This document shows positions 1 through 22,391 of a stretch of 64,000 bases of DNA, piece after piece (positions within the stretch are counted from its first letter, which is position 1; every line of letters starts with the position of its first letter). A program made the translations under genes and the position numbers. A model generated the notes under the pieces. That model saw only the letters and a program-made list of their open reading frames with translations, was not told where the DNA came from and did no database searches. This DNA is from the human T2T-CHM13v2.0 reference genome, Homo sapiens, in assembly GCF_009914755.1 (NCBI RefSeq), contig NC_060934.1. One strand, given 5' to 3'.

Positions 1-300
1 GTTGCCAAATAAACTCAAAACATTGAATTTAATGTGTATGCAGAAACCAAATCCACTTTTGCTTGTTCAAGTGGGTCCAACTTCTGCAACAACTCATTTC
101 TAGAAACAGACATCATGTTCTTCAGCATCTCATCCACAGCATCAATGGAATTCGCAAATGCTGACAAATAATCGTGAATTTCTACTGGAGAGTCATTAAT
201 TTCTTCAGCTGCCATCATGGCTGACTCACGGCCTTCGACTCCAGTCTCCTAGAAAGCGGTCAGGCAACGAAGTCTTCAATGAGGTGCCGGATCTAGAACT
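1..300 (-). pseudogene. Processed pseudogene of C1D (nuclear nucleic-acid-binding protein / exosome cofactor); 5' half only, runs off the left edge
   Basis: ORF 15..218 ([66 protein letters not shown]) matches the C1D N-terminus as recalled. The following Trp codon is TGA, after which VYLAT resumes in frame. No introns; 5'UTR-like sequence is contiguous to about 300, next to a TTTT/AAAA L1-endonuclease-type site. Which numbered C1DP copy this is cannot be determined here. Confidence 0.93.
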
Positions 301-592
301 GAGTCTTTTAAAAGTATTTCTCTACATTCCCAGAAATACATTTGTTATAATTGCATCTTATGGCCTTTTTTTCAACAGAAGTAAAATTTCTGGAAGATTG
401 GAAGAGCACAAAATTTAATTTCTAAATGAAATATTCAAGGACGCTTGTCATTCTCTCAGGCTCAAAGCCTAAAGAGGTACACCAATAAAACAAGATTCAT
501 TATCACATCGAAGATCATGGGGAGATGTTTGCTCAGGTGGTCACGTGATGTACAGAAACAGAGGGAAACACAATTGAACTAAATAAAGACGC

Positions 593-839
593 AGGCTGGG
601 CGCAGTAGCTCAGCCTGTGATGGCAAGATTTTAGGAGGCCAAGGCAGCAGATTGCTTTAACCTAGGGGTTCTACATATATATATAAAATATATAATATAA
701 ATATTTTATATATGCAATCCCATCTACTCGGGAGGCTGAGGCAAGAGAATCGCTTGAATGCCGGAGGTGGAGTTTGCAGTCAGCCAAAATCTTGCCACTG
801 CACTCCAGCCTGGGAGACAGAGCGAGACCCCATCTCAGG

Positions 840-907
<68 letters not shown>

Positions 908-912
908 ATATA
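593..912 (+). mobile_element. Degenerate Alu with internal AT-rich block (about 670-712) and (TA)n/(TATATG)n microsatellite tail
   Basis: Alu start ggctgggcgcagtagctc, right arm 715-838, A tail followed by tatatatg repeats. Confidence 0.85.
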
Positions 913-1110
913 AAGAAATAAAGTCCCAATGTTTTCTACATGTGGAAGAAAAGGTAGAGTGACCCAAATATTTCTTCATCCTTGAGTAGTGGTAGATTAT
1001 TTGTACTTTTAGAGAAAAGCACAAAAGGTAAAAGAAAAGCCTCTTTGGATTTACTTTTCCATGTCCTAAAGTACTTTTCAATCAAAAGTGAAGATCAATC
1101 AATCGTCTCA

Positions 1111-1641
<531 letters not shown>

Positions 1642-2189
1642 CTATTATTAAAAGAAATAAAGAAAAGAAAAAATAAAAATAAATAAAACAACGACAAGAA
1701 CACAACATAAAACCAAGAAAAAGAGATATCTCAAGGTTACTTTACATCACTAGGCCTACACCCAAGGGTAGAGACCAAAGCACCAGCTGTTCTTCAGAGA
1801 AGAAACACGATGATCCAGATGAAAGAAAGATGTTTCCCAATGGGTTCAGATGTCCTTTTAGAATCAAGGGAATGTCCCTAGTATATGCCAAATCACTACT
1901 TAAAGTTTATCTGGTGGGGCATGGTGCCTCATACCTATAATCCCAGCACTTTGGGAGGTCGAGGCAGGAGGATCACTTGAGCCCAGGAGTTTGAGACCAG
2001 CCCTGGCAATACAGCAAGACCCTGTCTCTACAAAAAATAAAACAACTAGCTGGTGTGGTGGTGCGCACTTATAGTCCCAGCTACTCAGGAGGCTGGAGTG
2101 AGAAGATCACTTGAGGCTGAGAGTCAGGGCTGCAGTGATTACAGGCATGAGTTACTGGGCCTGGTCTTTTTTTTTTTTCATCATGTAAT

Positions 2190-2558
2190 ACATCCATGTA
2201 ATGAAATTTATTTCTTACAGTGCTGGAGGCTGGGAAGTCCACAGTCCCTGGGCCACAGCTGGTTGGCTTCTGGCAAGGGCCTCATCCTGCATCATAACAT
2301 GGTGGACAGCATCACATGGAGGGAAGTCGCAGGAGACAGAGCCGAACAGGCTTTTATAACAGACCCTCTCTCATGATAATTCACACACCATTATTGCTAC
2401 TGAACCATTAACCCACTCACTCAGGAATGCATTAATCCATTCAAGAAAGCAGAGACTTCATGATATAATTATCTCTTAAAGGACCCAAGTTTTAATCCTG
2501 TTACTTCACAGATTACGTTTCAGCAGGAATTTCAGAGAGGACAAACAAATCATAGGAC
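2190..2558. mobile_element. MaLR LTR fragment (MLT1A/MST-like)
   Basis: Motifs aaatttatttcttacagtgctggaggctgggaagtcc, cataacatggtgg, cattaatccattca recalled from the MaLR consensus. Confidence 0.65.
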
Positions 2559-2767
2559 CATTTTTTTCAATTACACTTCCATAAGAATTCCTCAATTTTA
2601 CTTAATCTTTTCAGTGAATAAAGTATTTGATTTTGCAATTAGATTTTGATTATGGGATAGAAAGCACAAAGAAATAAACTTTTGTGGAAACCATGATTGT
2701 TTATTTTTCTTCCACCTATCAGTCTAGGTATTTATAAAACTCAACTTGACTTTTTAAAAAATTATAG

Positions 2768-3965
<1,198 letters not shown>

Positions 3966-4655
3966 TAAAGGCTTTATTGTCTATAACAATAAATAAATGC
4001 AAAATCTACGGATCGGGGAGACACAGGCTCCAGTGTAAGACAAAAATTGAGCTCCAAAGAACAAAAAGAGGTCCTGGCTTAAATAGGGAAAGGTCCTGCG
4101 CTAGACGTCAATATGGTCTGTACATGCAAATGAGGATTGAAACTGGTTCAGACCTCACTGGTTGAAAGTAACTGTGTCTCAGTTGGGTAGTTTCTAAGCC
4201 CAAAGCCAGTGGTCTCTGTAGGGTGCCCCTTTCAGGCAGCTGGCAGGAGATTTCCAGCCACGTGTCTCGGCTCTGGTTTCAGAAGCCATCTTAGCTCAGA
4301 GGTGCAAACAGGATGTTTGTCTAGAGCTGCCCTCTCCTGGGAAGAGGAATGCATGACTGCTCTTCTCTCACCCCACCATGGCCCCTTGGCTCCCATCATC
4401 TTCATCTGAGTGTCTCTTTCAGCCAGAAGACGTCCATCTCCTCTGGACGTCTTTAGAGCTTCATTTCACACTCCCAGCTTGCTCAAAGTTCCAATTGCCC
4501 CTGCCGGGGAATGAGGCCCAACATTCCCACCAGAACCAGGCTCAGACCTTTCTCTCTAGAGCCTAAAATACAATCTCAAGTAATGACAAGCCAATCTCAA
4601 TTCTGCCTCTAGGCACTAACTCCCCATTCTTGGCTCCAAAGACAGGGCCACCTTC

Positions 4656-4790
4656 TGAAACCACCTTTGCAAAATTATGACAGTAATTTGAGTCTGACAA
4701 AATTGACTCCATCTTGTTTCTAACCTCCAAGCTATGCTCGGTCATTCCTGGACATAGATCAAGCTGCTGACTTTGAGAGAAATGTAGTTT
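4656..4790 (+). mobile_element. 5' fragment of LTR8-like ERV1 LTR, truncated at an Alu
   Basis: Begins tgaaaccacctttgcaaaattatgacag...gactccatcttgtttctaacctccaagct, matching the recalled LTR8 5' end; does not resume after the Alu. Confidence 0.7.
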
Positions 4791-5245
4791 ATTTATTTTA
4801 TTTTTATTTTATTGTTATTATTTATTTATTTATTTTTTTGAGATGGAGTTTCGCTCTGTCGCCCAGGCTGGAGTGCAGTGCACTCGGCTCACTGCAACCT
4901 CCGCCTCCCGTGTTCAAGCAATTCTCCTGCCTAGGCCTCCTGAGTAGCTGGGACTACAGGCGCGTGCCACCACACCCGGCTAATTTTTGTATTTTTAGTA
5001 GAGACGGGGTTTCAGCATATTGGCTAGGCTGGTCTCGAACTCCTGGCTTCATGATCCACCCACCTCGGCCTCCCAAAGTGCTAGGATTACAGGCATGAGC
5101 CACCACGCCCAGCCCTGGTTCTGTTTTCTTGAAGATAGTTTCAACATGTACATCTGCTTGCAGGGTTGGAATACCTCACCCCTCACTGGTGAGGGACAAA
5201 TCTGTGTTATCTCTTTTATTCATTGAATCAAAGTGCTGTGCCTTT
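4791..5245 (-). repeat. Right arm of inverted duplication: antisense Alu (AluSg-like body) plus unique 5113-5245
   Basis: Unique part is reverse-complement-similar to 1125-1260; this Alu lacks the matching 3' TSD. Confidence 0.85.
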
Positions 5246-5414
5246 GATTTTACAAGGTATGTTTCATAACTTTAAAGAAAAAAACATTTTTCTTCCTTAT
5301 CCAAATGTAACTTTAGTAATTTAGTGAATGTAAACCCCATTCATTTTTTTGTATCTTTTCCATGTGTGAATGCAGGTATATATCGAAGAATAATAATTAC
5401 TCGCTGCTTTATCC

Positions 5415-5420
5415 TTTATT
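5415..5420 (-). terminator. Candidate AATAAA polyadenylation signal for the minus-strand unit (alternative at 5816-5821)
   Basis: tttatt on + strand downstream of the CPHX-like last exon; motif only. Confidence 0.35.
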
Positions 5421-6503
5421 TTCATGATTATCATATTATCAAACTACTCAATAACTCGATTTTTTACAAACAGTATGTCCGAGAACACTCACACAATTAC
5501 ACAGATCTAGGCCTTTTTTTTTTAAGCTGTCCTAGCTTCTTACATTATATGATGTGTCTTCTTTGGGCTCAGTGTTCTATAAGAATGTCCAAGAGTTTGT
5601 CTATGAGACACATCCAGTAACAGAATTGCTGGGCATCTATGACTTCAATAAATATTCCAATTGGCTGTCCAAAGTGATAGTGCAAATCACACTCATCACC
5701 TGCATTGGAGAGTTGCTCTTTACCTATTCTCAATCTTATAGTAAGAGAAGGAAGATATTTACAAAATGAAGTATGTCTGCATGTTATATGACTTGGAAAT
5801 ATGTGCAAAACATGCTTTATTCTGCAAATTAGTATCACATGACACAATTGGTTAGAATGTAAATATGAAAAACATCATACAATGTAGAAGAAGGAAGGGG
5901 AAGGGGGAATGGGGAAAGGAAAGGCAAGGGAAGGGATTATCAAAGTCTTTACAATATAGATTATATGATGAGTTTAGAGTTTTCAGGACTGTAAATTCAG
6001 AGTGCGAGAATAAAAGACCAAGCTTTTGTTTGGTTACTCTCTGTATTGCTTAAACTATCATAACATACATCATTTTGTAATTAATTAAATATTGTCAAGA
6101 AAACAAAATGGAAATAACACAAATTCTATGCAGTGGATGTGTTTTACACAAAGCCCCGAGGGAACCCTGCAGTTCAGGAAATGTTGCTCCTCTAGAAGGC
6201 AGGCGCCACTATGTGAAAGGCGCCCCCTAGTGGGAGGGATGCAGCCTGAAGCGCTGCACAGGGCAGCATTGGCAGGACCCGCTCTAATGGACAGAACTCC
6301 AGAATACTTGAGAAGTGATTCCACATCCTGAAGCTCAAAATTATGAAAATTGTTTCAAAGTTTGGGGCTTTTTTCCAAACACTCAGGTCAACACAAGGCA
6401 TTCAACTTCTCGTCTGGGCACTCTCAGATCTTGTGGGCCCACGTCCAGAGGTGACTCAGTCAAAACACTGGTTCCAGGCAGCAGCTCTCAGTGAAGGGGG
6501 TGA

Positions 6504-7146
<643 letters not shown>

Positions 7147-7529
7147 TTGTTAGGTATCTTCTAAGGAGGAGACAATGTCTGAGACAGGGACTGTGCAGAG
7201 CCTCTGTCTTCTGAAGCACAGATTGCTTTGGATTTGGCAACTGCTGTCATTTGGGGGTTGCCTTGCTTGCTGCCTTGGTGCTTGTTAGTTTTGTTCTCCA
7301 TACTCTAGCTCCACCTTCTCAGGACACTGCTGCCCTAACAGAAGAGACCAGCAGCTCACAGAGCCTTCCTGAGTTCAGCATCTTTATGTGCAAGCTCTGC
7401 AGAGCCCTTTTCCTCAGGCTTCTGTGTGGATGGTTGTGGGATGACCTGTGGATGATGCTCTCTGAAGCCTAGCACCATTTCCTAGAAACACAGTCCTGGT
7501 CCCAGCAGTAAACACTTGCAGACTTCTCA

Positions 7530-8341
7530 TCCAAGAGCTGCTGGATTTGGGAACTGGGTTGCTCTGCAGCCAGCTATGTTGCTGCATATCTTACCCAAGA
7601 GGCGTTTGTGGAGATCTGATCACTATTTGCAAAGGTGTGTGCCACAACTGAGAGCACAGGGACTCTCCATTACTTGGGAACATCAACCATGCTGCTGGGA
7701 CTGAAGGGAAAGTGCCTGCTTCCCTAAATCCTGTGACTCATATACATTAGAACCTGATCCTGGAAGACCAGCTTCTCCTGGTAATTCTGAGGCTGAGGCT
7801 GCTCATGATGACATTCCCAACCATTCTGCTGATGTCCTTGAAAGAGTCAGTAAAGAAAATAACCTTTCTGTTCCTCCTGCTGCTGCCTCTCTCCGTGCAC
7901 ACCATGAACACAGCACAAAGGGGAGGGCCTTGCATGCTGGCTTTCCCCCATCTCAGGCTTGTCCCTTTCAGAATACTGAGGAGGAGATGCAGAAGGATAA
8001 GGAAATAATGCTGATCTACATCGACAAGGGCCATTTTCTGTATCACCTGGATACTCCAAATCACAGCTTAGTTTCCTTTTAATCCATAAGGCTACAGTTA
8101 TTTGAGCCATCATGTTAATTGGGAGTCCCCTGTGTCTCCACGGAAGAGTGGCCAGCTCCACCCAGTAGAACTTCCTGGGTACAAGAAGTTCTGCTCAGGG
8201 TCATCATTGGGAGATTCCACCTGGTTTTCCTGGATTCTTGTAAATGGGTGGCCTTTGGCAGAGGAATCATGCAGTTCCCTGGCAGTGAACATTCTGTGTC
8301 TCTCTCTAAGTGGTGGTCTGGCTTTTATTTTGAAACCAGTT
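7530..8341 (-). pseudogene. CPHX-type homeobox pseudogene, last exon (homeodomain helix 3 NWFQNK plus Q-rich C-terminus)
   Basis: Acceptor tttctctttag|AAC TGG TTT CAA AAT AAA = NWFQNK. A 2-bp loss near 8322 gives TAG at 8306-8308; restoring it reads RARPPLRERHRMF. Downstream frames give ESQHARP, QQNGWECH..PQNY, DLGKQ, NGESLCSQL, PLG*DMQ and EQPSSQIQQL, all resembling human CPHXL as recalled. Multiple stops and frameshifts. Confidence 0.85.
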
Positions 8342-8785
8342 CTAAAGAGAAAGAACAGTTTGTTAATTCAATCTGTTGGTTAAGACATATTGTACAATGC
8401 ATTTCCACAATGTAGAATTTTACAGTTAAGTTTAGTCTCAGGATGATCACCGGCTTGTTTCCTGACTTGAATAAGACACAAAGAATGAAGGCAATCCTTT
8501 GTGGGGCTGCACATTATGGAGGTTATAAATTGTGCACAATCCCAAAATTTCAACTGCCTCATAGTTGCAGTGGCCCTTTTGTACATGCAAACCTGGACCT
8601 TTCAAAATCTCCTACCAACCTGTTTGCAATCCTCCGCATTTGGAAAGAACAGACTTCCAGCCTTTCCCTAACTTATTTATTTTACTCACGCTGACCTACC
8701 AGGATAAACTTGTGATTCAATATACTCTAAATTATACTCTTAAATTCACTGTATTCAAAGACTATGCATAAAACAAGCAAGAGTT

Positions 8786-12437
<3,652 letters not shown>

Positions 12438-12556
12438 TAAAAAAATCACTTTGTGCTATGTGATAAAATGCTATTAAACTTTTTCATGCTTCTTTACATT
12501 TTCCACATTATCTATAAAAAGACATACCCATGCAAAGCTTTTAATATTTTACTTAC

Positions 12557-12747
12557 ATCAATTACAAACACAGGACAAGAGACTGTCCAGCCAGTTTTTC
12601 CCTGGTTGTAAAATTAGGATAAGGATTCTGTGCAAATGACTGCTGAAGTACACTCAGCTTATCCTTGGTAAATTTAAGCCACGGTTTTACACTTCCTCTT
12701 CCCCATCTTCTTGTTCTTACTTCATTATGACTGGTTAATGGGAGATC
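12557..12747 (-). pseudogene. CPHX-type homeobox pseudogene, exon encoding homeodomain residues 1-46
   Basis: Acceptor tttttcag|GAT at 12747. Translation HNEVRTRRWGRGSVKPWLKFTKDKLSVLQQSFAQNPYPNFTTREKLAGQ, then a 1-bp loss near 12582; shifted frame SCPVFVID|gtaagt (donor 12551-12556). F8, L13, L16, F20, Y25, P26, R31, L34, A35 and I45 are correctly spaced. Confidence 0.9.
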
Positions 12748-12906
12748 CTGAAAAATGTACAAACAGAAAGAGAAAAGCATTGGAGAATACTAGTAATATC
12801 TAGAGTGGGGGGAAAAAAAGGTCAATCATTGGCTATTTCATAAAATTTTTTAAAAGTGGAGCCCAATCTCATACCTGTACATAATAATAAAGTTACTAAT
12901 GAGATT

Positions 12907-14920
<2,014 letters not shown>

Positions 14921-15098
14921 CCAATATAAAAACTTCCCAACATTTCTAAAAAGCAAATGTGCACACGTAACACTTGTAAAAAACATAAGTTTTTTACGAT
15001 AAACACTCAGTTCCTATAGTAAAAACAGCAACCAAACCAACTTGCTTTGTATGGCCATAGACCCACAGTGAGGAGCAGGACCTCTGGAGCCTGCCTAC

Positions 15099-15459
15099 CA
15101 GTGATTAAATCCTGGCTCTGAGACTGACAGGCCACAGTGTAGCACTGACTGCCAGTGCCCTCCTGGGCTACTCTTCTTGTCTCTGGCTGCTCTCCAGGCC
15201 CTGGGATGGAGGCCATTCCTATGGCATCTTCTTGGAGGACTTCATGTTCTAAAGGCATCACAGTTGAGCCATGATTGCTTCCAGGGCTCTTTGATGCAGA
15301 TTCTTGCCTCTGAAACATAGTGATGAGCCCAGTGGACTTCTGGGCCCACTGTATATTATCGGGGCACCTTTGACTTAGGTTATTACTCATTAAACACAAC
15401 GTATTAAGATACAAGGCACCGCTGGAACTAACCGGAGACTTCTCTCAACCAGGGCTCAT
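15099..15459 (-). other. Candidate 361-nt internal exon of the minus-strand unit
   Basis: Acceptor tttctttttctag| at 15460 and donor CTG|gtaggc at 15098; non-repetitive; one frame is open apart from a TGA at codon 5. Confidence 0.45.
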
Positions 15460-16427
15460 CTAGAAAAAGAAATCCAGAATCCCCATACTTTGCAAGCCCA
15501 CCTTCCCAGAGAACAGGAGTGTCAGTTTCTTCCATATCCCAGGTTTGAAAAGCTCCAAATTATTTCTGAATTTCATGAAATATCAAATCTGTGAACAAAA
15601 GGGAAAAAAATGCCTAGGGCCATTTCTACAATTCTTCCAGTATAGCTCTTTTGCTTTGAGGACGTTTTTGTTTTCAGTATTCACCCTGTTTACATTTAAC
15701 CATACAGGAAAGTAGACGGAAGCGTATAATTAGCCTGATGATCCTATCACTGAAATTTAATATATAGCAATACCTGGCCAATTTTATCTCCTTGACACCC
15801 CACCCTCATTATTTTGAAGTGAATCTCAGACATGTCATTCACCCGAAAATACATCCATATGTATCTCTAAAATATAAAGTCTCTCTTAATGCTATGATGG
15901 GTTAAGATTTAAATACCTGAGCCTCTAGTAAAATCCTATACCCAATTCTACCATACGGCAACCACACACAATTACTCTGATGAAATCAGCTGTTCCCAGC
16001 CTACAAGCTTGAACTTTTGAAAGGTGAAAGTCAGGCCTAGCAGGGTGGCTCATGCCTGTAATCCCAGCACTTTGTGAGGCTGAGGTGAGCAGATTGCTTT
16101 GAGTTCAGGAGTTTGAGACCAGCCTGGGCAACATAGCAAAACCCTGTCTCTACAAAAAACCCAAAATTAGCCAGGTGTGGTGGTGCATGCCTGTGGTCCC
16201 AGCTACTTGGGAGGCTGAGGCTGGAGAATATAGCTTTGAGTCCAGGAGGCAGAGGTTGCAGTGAGCCAAGATTCCCCAACTCCAGCCGGGGCAACTGAGT
16301 AAGACCCTGTCTCAAAAGAAAAAAAAAAAGTGAAAGCCCAAACACCTATTAATACAAAACACTAACGCATTAGGTAAGGAGCCTCCTGCAAAAGAAACAC
16401 GCTTTGGTGTCCACCACAGAAACTCAC

Positions 16428-16520
16428 CGTTGGAAGTTCAGATGAATCTCTAGTCCAGGTTCTGAATGATAAAGTGATTAACTCTGAAGCAGCAATCATC
16501 AAACATAACCCTGAGACGCC
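16428..16520 (-). other. Candidate first exon of the CPHX-like gene
   Basis: Strong donor ACG|gtgagt (16422-16427) about 100 bp downstream of a GC/CACCC-box array; 5' end approximate. Confidence 0.45.
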
Positions 16521-16528
16521 CTCCCTCA

Positions 16529-16596
16529 CACACCCTAGACACAGCCCCGCCCCAGACACAGCCCCACCCTAGGCACAGCCTTGCCCTAGACACACC
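16529..16596. promoter_or_regulatory. 17-bp tandem repeat (about 3.8 copies of ccctagacacagccccr) generating KLF/SP boxes
   Basis: Units start at 16533, 16550, 16567 and 16584; junctions read cacaccc, ccccgcccc and ccccaccc. Confidence 0.6.
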
Positions 16597-17833
16597 TCTT
16601 GATGGCTTTACCTAACTTTTCAAATCCCATTCACTCAATGAGCACCCAGTGAAAACAATTTGCTTATTTAATCCCTACAACACCCTTATAATGTGCATCC
16701 TATTTTAATCCTACTTAGACTTGAAGACAGGGGGACAGAAAGGTTTAGAGCACAGAGTGAGCCTCTGACCCAGGCAGTCTGACCTTGAACCTCCTGCCTG
16801 TGGCCATCACTTTCACATTTATAGACTGCACGCTCTGTGAGGACGGAAGCCTTGTCAGGCTCACAGAAGATCCACATCACCTGATATATCATTGCTTACA
16901 GAATACTGAGATTGGAGGCAGGAGTGACCAGAGATTAACACTGAATAAGGACATTCTAAGATATAAAACTAATGTTTTATAAACATTAAACCATTTGCTA
17001 ATTCATCTTATTCTAAAAACTACCCTATGAGATACCAAAACCTCCATATTACAGACAAGGAAACTGTGGGCTTTTCTGCTTTTTTCACAACTCTAGGACA
17101 TTGTACTTTCCCAAATGTGTGGAATAAGGTAATAACACTTGGAGGGTTTTTTGTCCTCCAGGTTTGGAAAATGCAGCTCATCCTCGACAAGTGTTTTATA
17201 TTAATCCATCTTAATTCAGAGTGATACATATATTCTTCGTTCTACTTAAACTAATTGCTACAATTTATAAGGACTCATTATATGGCCGGCCCAAAGAACA
17301 GAGTTTTCAGACATTATCTTACCTAAATCTTACAGTGCCTTACGGAGATATATATTATTATACAGATGACTACTGAAGCACAGAGAGATTAGCTAATTTA
17401 CCTGAGGTCAAACTCTAAGAAGAGGAAAATAACTAGCAGGAATTAAAGCAGGTGAAAATAAAGTTTGAATTGGGCAAGGTAATGGCTGACTTGCAGGAAG
17501 GAAACAGCCCCAAATGATTTCGGTTTCTCACTTCATTCCAGGGTGGACCGCGCCTCTGCAACAACAACAACAACAACAGAAAAAAAAAACAGGAAAAAGC
17601 AGGAGGAACAACTCGTGGTTTTCTTCATTTCCGCGCAAGGATGGTTAACATAACCTCCTTTCATCCTGGGACTCCAGCAGGTCCTTTCAAGCAGTGCCAG
17701 ATGCTTTGGGGTAGTTGAAGAAATATTTTGGGAGCTGGAAGTCTTGGAGAATATCAACGACTGAGAGAGTAGAGCAAACCAAAATTAGATTGGGCCTATG
17801 CTGAGTTCTTTGGCTTTTTTGTCTTCCCAGTAA

Positions 17834-18091
<258 letters not shown>

Positions 18092-18420
18092 TGATCCACC
18101 CACATTGGCCTCCCAAACGCTGGGATTACAGGCTTGAGCCACCACGCCCACTCGTGCTTTATTCTCAGTAACCTTGAAATCACACTAGGTGGCGACCTTC
18201 CCCGTCCGCCCCCATCAAGCTGCTTCCAAAAACATTTTTACCAGGCACCTTCACTTTCTTTCTTTTCATTCTTTTCTCAACTCCAGTCTCTCTGTTCTCA
18301 CTGCATTGTTTAGACATCATTGGTAAAAGTTAACAAATCAGGTCCTAAATTGCCCGATCATACGGTTAATCTTCTTTCCTAAGTCATCGAACATTGTTAG
18401 CCAATCTTTGTCTTCCTTGA

Positions 18421-18543
<123 letters not shown>

Positions 18544-18703
18544 TGAGTAGCTTGGATTACAGGCGCAAGCCACAACGCCCGGCTAATTGTATTTTTAGTA
18601 GAAACAGGGCTTCACAATGTTGGCCAGGCTGGTCTCCAACTCTTGACCTCAGGTGATCCGCCCACCTCAGCCTCCCAAAGTGCAGGGTTACTTACAGGTG
18701 TGA

Positions 18704-18850
<147 letters not shown>

Positions 18851-19320
18851 TGAGTAGCTGGGACTACAGGTGCCCGTCACCACGCCCGGCTAATTTTTTT
18901 TTGCATTTTTAATAGAGACGGGGGTTTCACTGTTAGCCAGGATAGTCTCGAACTCCTGACCACGTGATCCAACCACCTCGGCCTCCCAAAGTGGTGGGAT
19001 TACAGGCGTGAGCCACCACACCCGGCCCTGGCCCAGATTCTTTATCAAGCTCGGCTTTGGTGGATGTCCACTGAGTCCTTAATCCTTTTTCAAAATATCG
19101 CGAAACAGTAAGGGCCCAGCTTATACTGAGTGCTATGTATTGAGACCTGCAATGCAGCTGTGAATAGCACAAATGCAGTCTCTGAAAATCAACGTTCTGG
19201 TGAACTTTTAAAAATACGTAACTCCTGGCCGGGCGAGGTGGCTCAGGCCTGTAATCCCAGCACTTTGGGAGGCCGAGGCAGGTGGATCACGAGGTCAGGA
19301 GATCGAGACCATCCTGGCTA

Positions 19321-19614
<294 letters not shown>

Positions 19615-19822
19615 TCATGACCTAACTACTATTAAACTCCCATTCAGACCAGGAGTGGTGGCTCACATCTGTAATCCCAGAATTTTGGGAGGCCAAGACA
19701 GATGGATCACTTCAGGTCAGGAGTTCGAGACCGGCCTGACCAACATGGCAAAACCCCGTCTCTACTAAAAATACAAAAATTAGCCAGGTATGGTGGCACA
19801 TGCCTGTAATCCCAGCTACTCA

Positions 19823-19942
<120 letters not shown>

Positions 19943-20001
19943 TTAATAATTAAAATTTAAAAAAAATTATACTACCATTCAGCTTCGCCTTTGAGACTCA
20001 C

Positions 20002-20119
20002 CACCTGCGAAATCTTTGTTCTAATAACCAGCCTTGTCCATTTCTAGGTGCTGAGATACTCTCGGCCCTCTTGGCTTCGTCCATCTGCTTCAGATGCCAC
20101 AGAAGAGTTCCAAGTGACT
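20002..20119 (-). ncRNA. Candidate exon of the antisense lncRNA (TMEM254-AS1-like)
   Basis: Acceptor tttttttttttccag| (20120) and donor GTG|gtgagt (19996-20001) bounding 118 nt of unique sequence. Confidence 0.5.
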
Positions 20120-21439
20120 CTGGAAAAAAAAAACACTTTGACCAAAACAAAGTTATCAACATGGCAATTTGATTTTAATGGTTATCTGGTTAAAATGAAA
20201 AAGACATCATTAGCAACAGGTGTGTAAGATTCTAGTGTTCTGTAAAATGATCTTGTTTTCCTTAAGTGTTCTTTTTTTTTTTTTTTTTTCAGGGTTGGGG
20301 GCAGGAAATTCCCAGCTTTTGGGGACATTTTTCCCCACTTTTTGGATACAATGAATTCATTGGATACAATGAATGTTAAAAGTTCCATTAACTTAATGTC
20401 CAAAAGCAAGTTTAGTCCTTTGGTTTCCCTACTTCAAAATGTAGCATTTGCCTTCTTCATGACCAAAAGTAAACATGTTTGTAAAGCTATTTATCATTAC
20501 TATTAAAGCTTGACAAAACCAGTGAATTTGGCAAATCAGTGATTCAGCAAATTGGCTTTCAACACATTTTGTTGATGATTTTATGTCAATTGACTATTCA
20601 ATACATTTATATTTTCTCAAACTGAATTTCAGCTACTTGTCTGCTTCTTTCACATCACAAAACTTATTTCACTAAATTGTAACAATACAGAATAACTAAC
20701 ATTTATTATGTTTTTAATTTGTGCCACTTTTAAGCTAACTGCTGGCCAGGCCTGGTGGCTCATGCCTGTAATCCCAGCATTTTGGGAGGTCGAGGCAGGC
20801 AGATTACTTGAGGCGTGAAGTTCAAGACCAGCCTGGCCAACATGGCGAAACCCCCATCTCTACTAAAAATACAAAAATTAGCCGGGTGTAGTGGCACACA
20901 CCTATAATCCCAGCTATTCAGAGGCTGAGGCACGACAATCCTTTGAGCCGGGGCATGGAGTTTGCAGTGAGCTAAAATCATGCCAATGTACTCCAGCCTG
21001 AGTGACAGAGGGAGACTCCCTCTTAAAAAAAAATAAGCTATTCACTTTCCAAACATAGATATATATGTTTGAAAAGTGATATATATACATATTATATATA
21101 TATATATATTTTAAGTTATATAGGTCAAATTTCTGCACAAAATCTAATTATCATCATTATCATTATTTGAAGATTTTTAGGAAGGGCAAACACACCCTGG
21201 TTTCCTCCCTTCTACTACAACACCCTCGTGGATTATCCCTGCCCCCTCATTCATTAATTCAATGCTCTGAGAACATTTCTGTTTGTAATCTTTGAATACA
21301 GAATCTCATAAGTGCTAAATAGAAACCTGTATTAAAACATTATTATGCTGCCTCTAGTAAATCCTTTTTGATTATTCCGTTGTCTGTCATATGAACTACA
21401 GTATGCTCAACCTGAGATAATTTGTCTTGTTCGCAGTTG

Positions 21440-22391
<952 letters not shown>

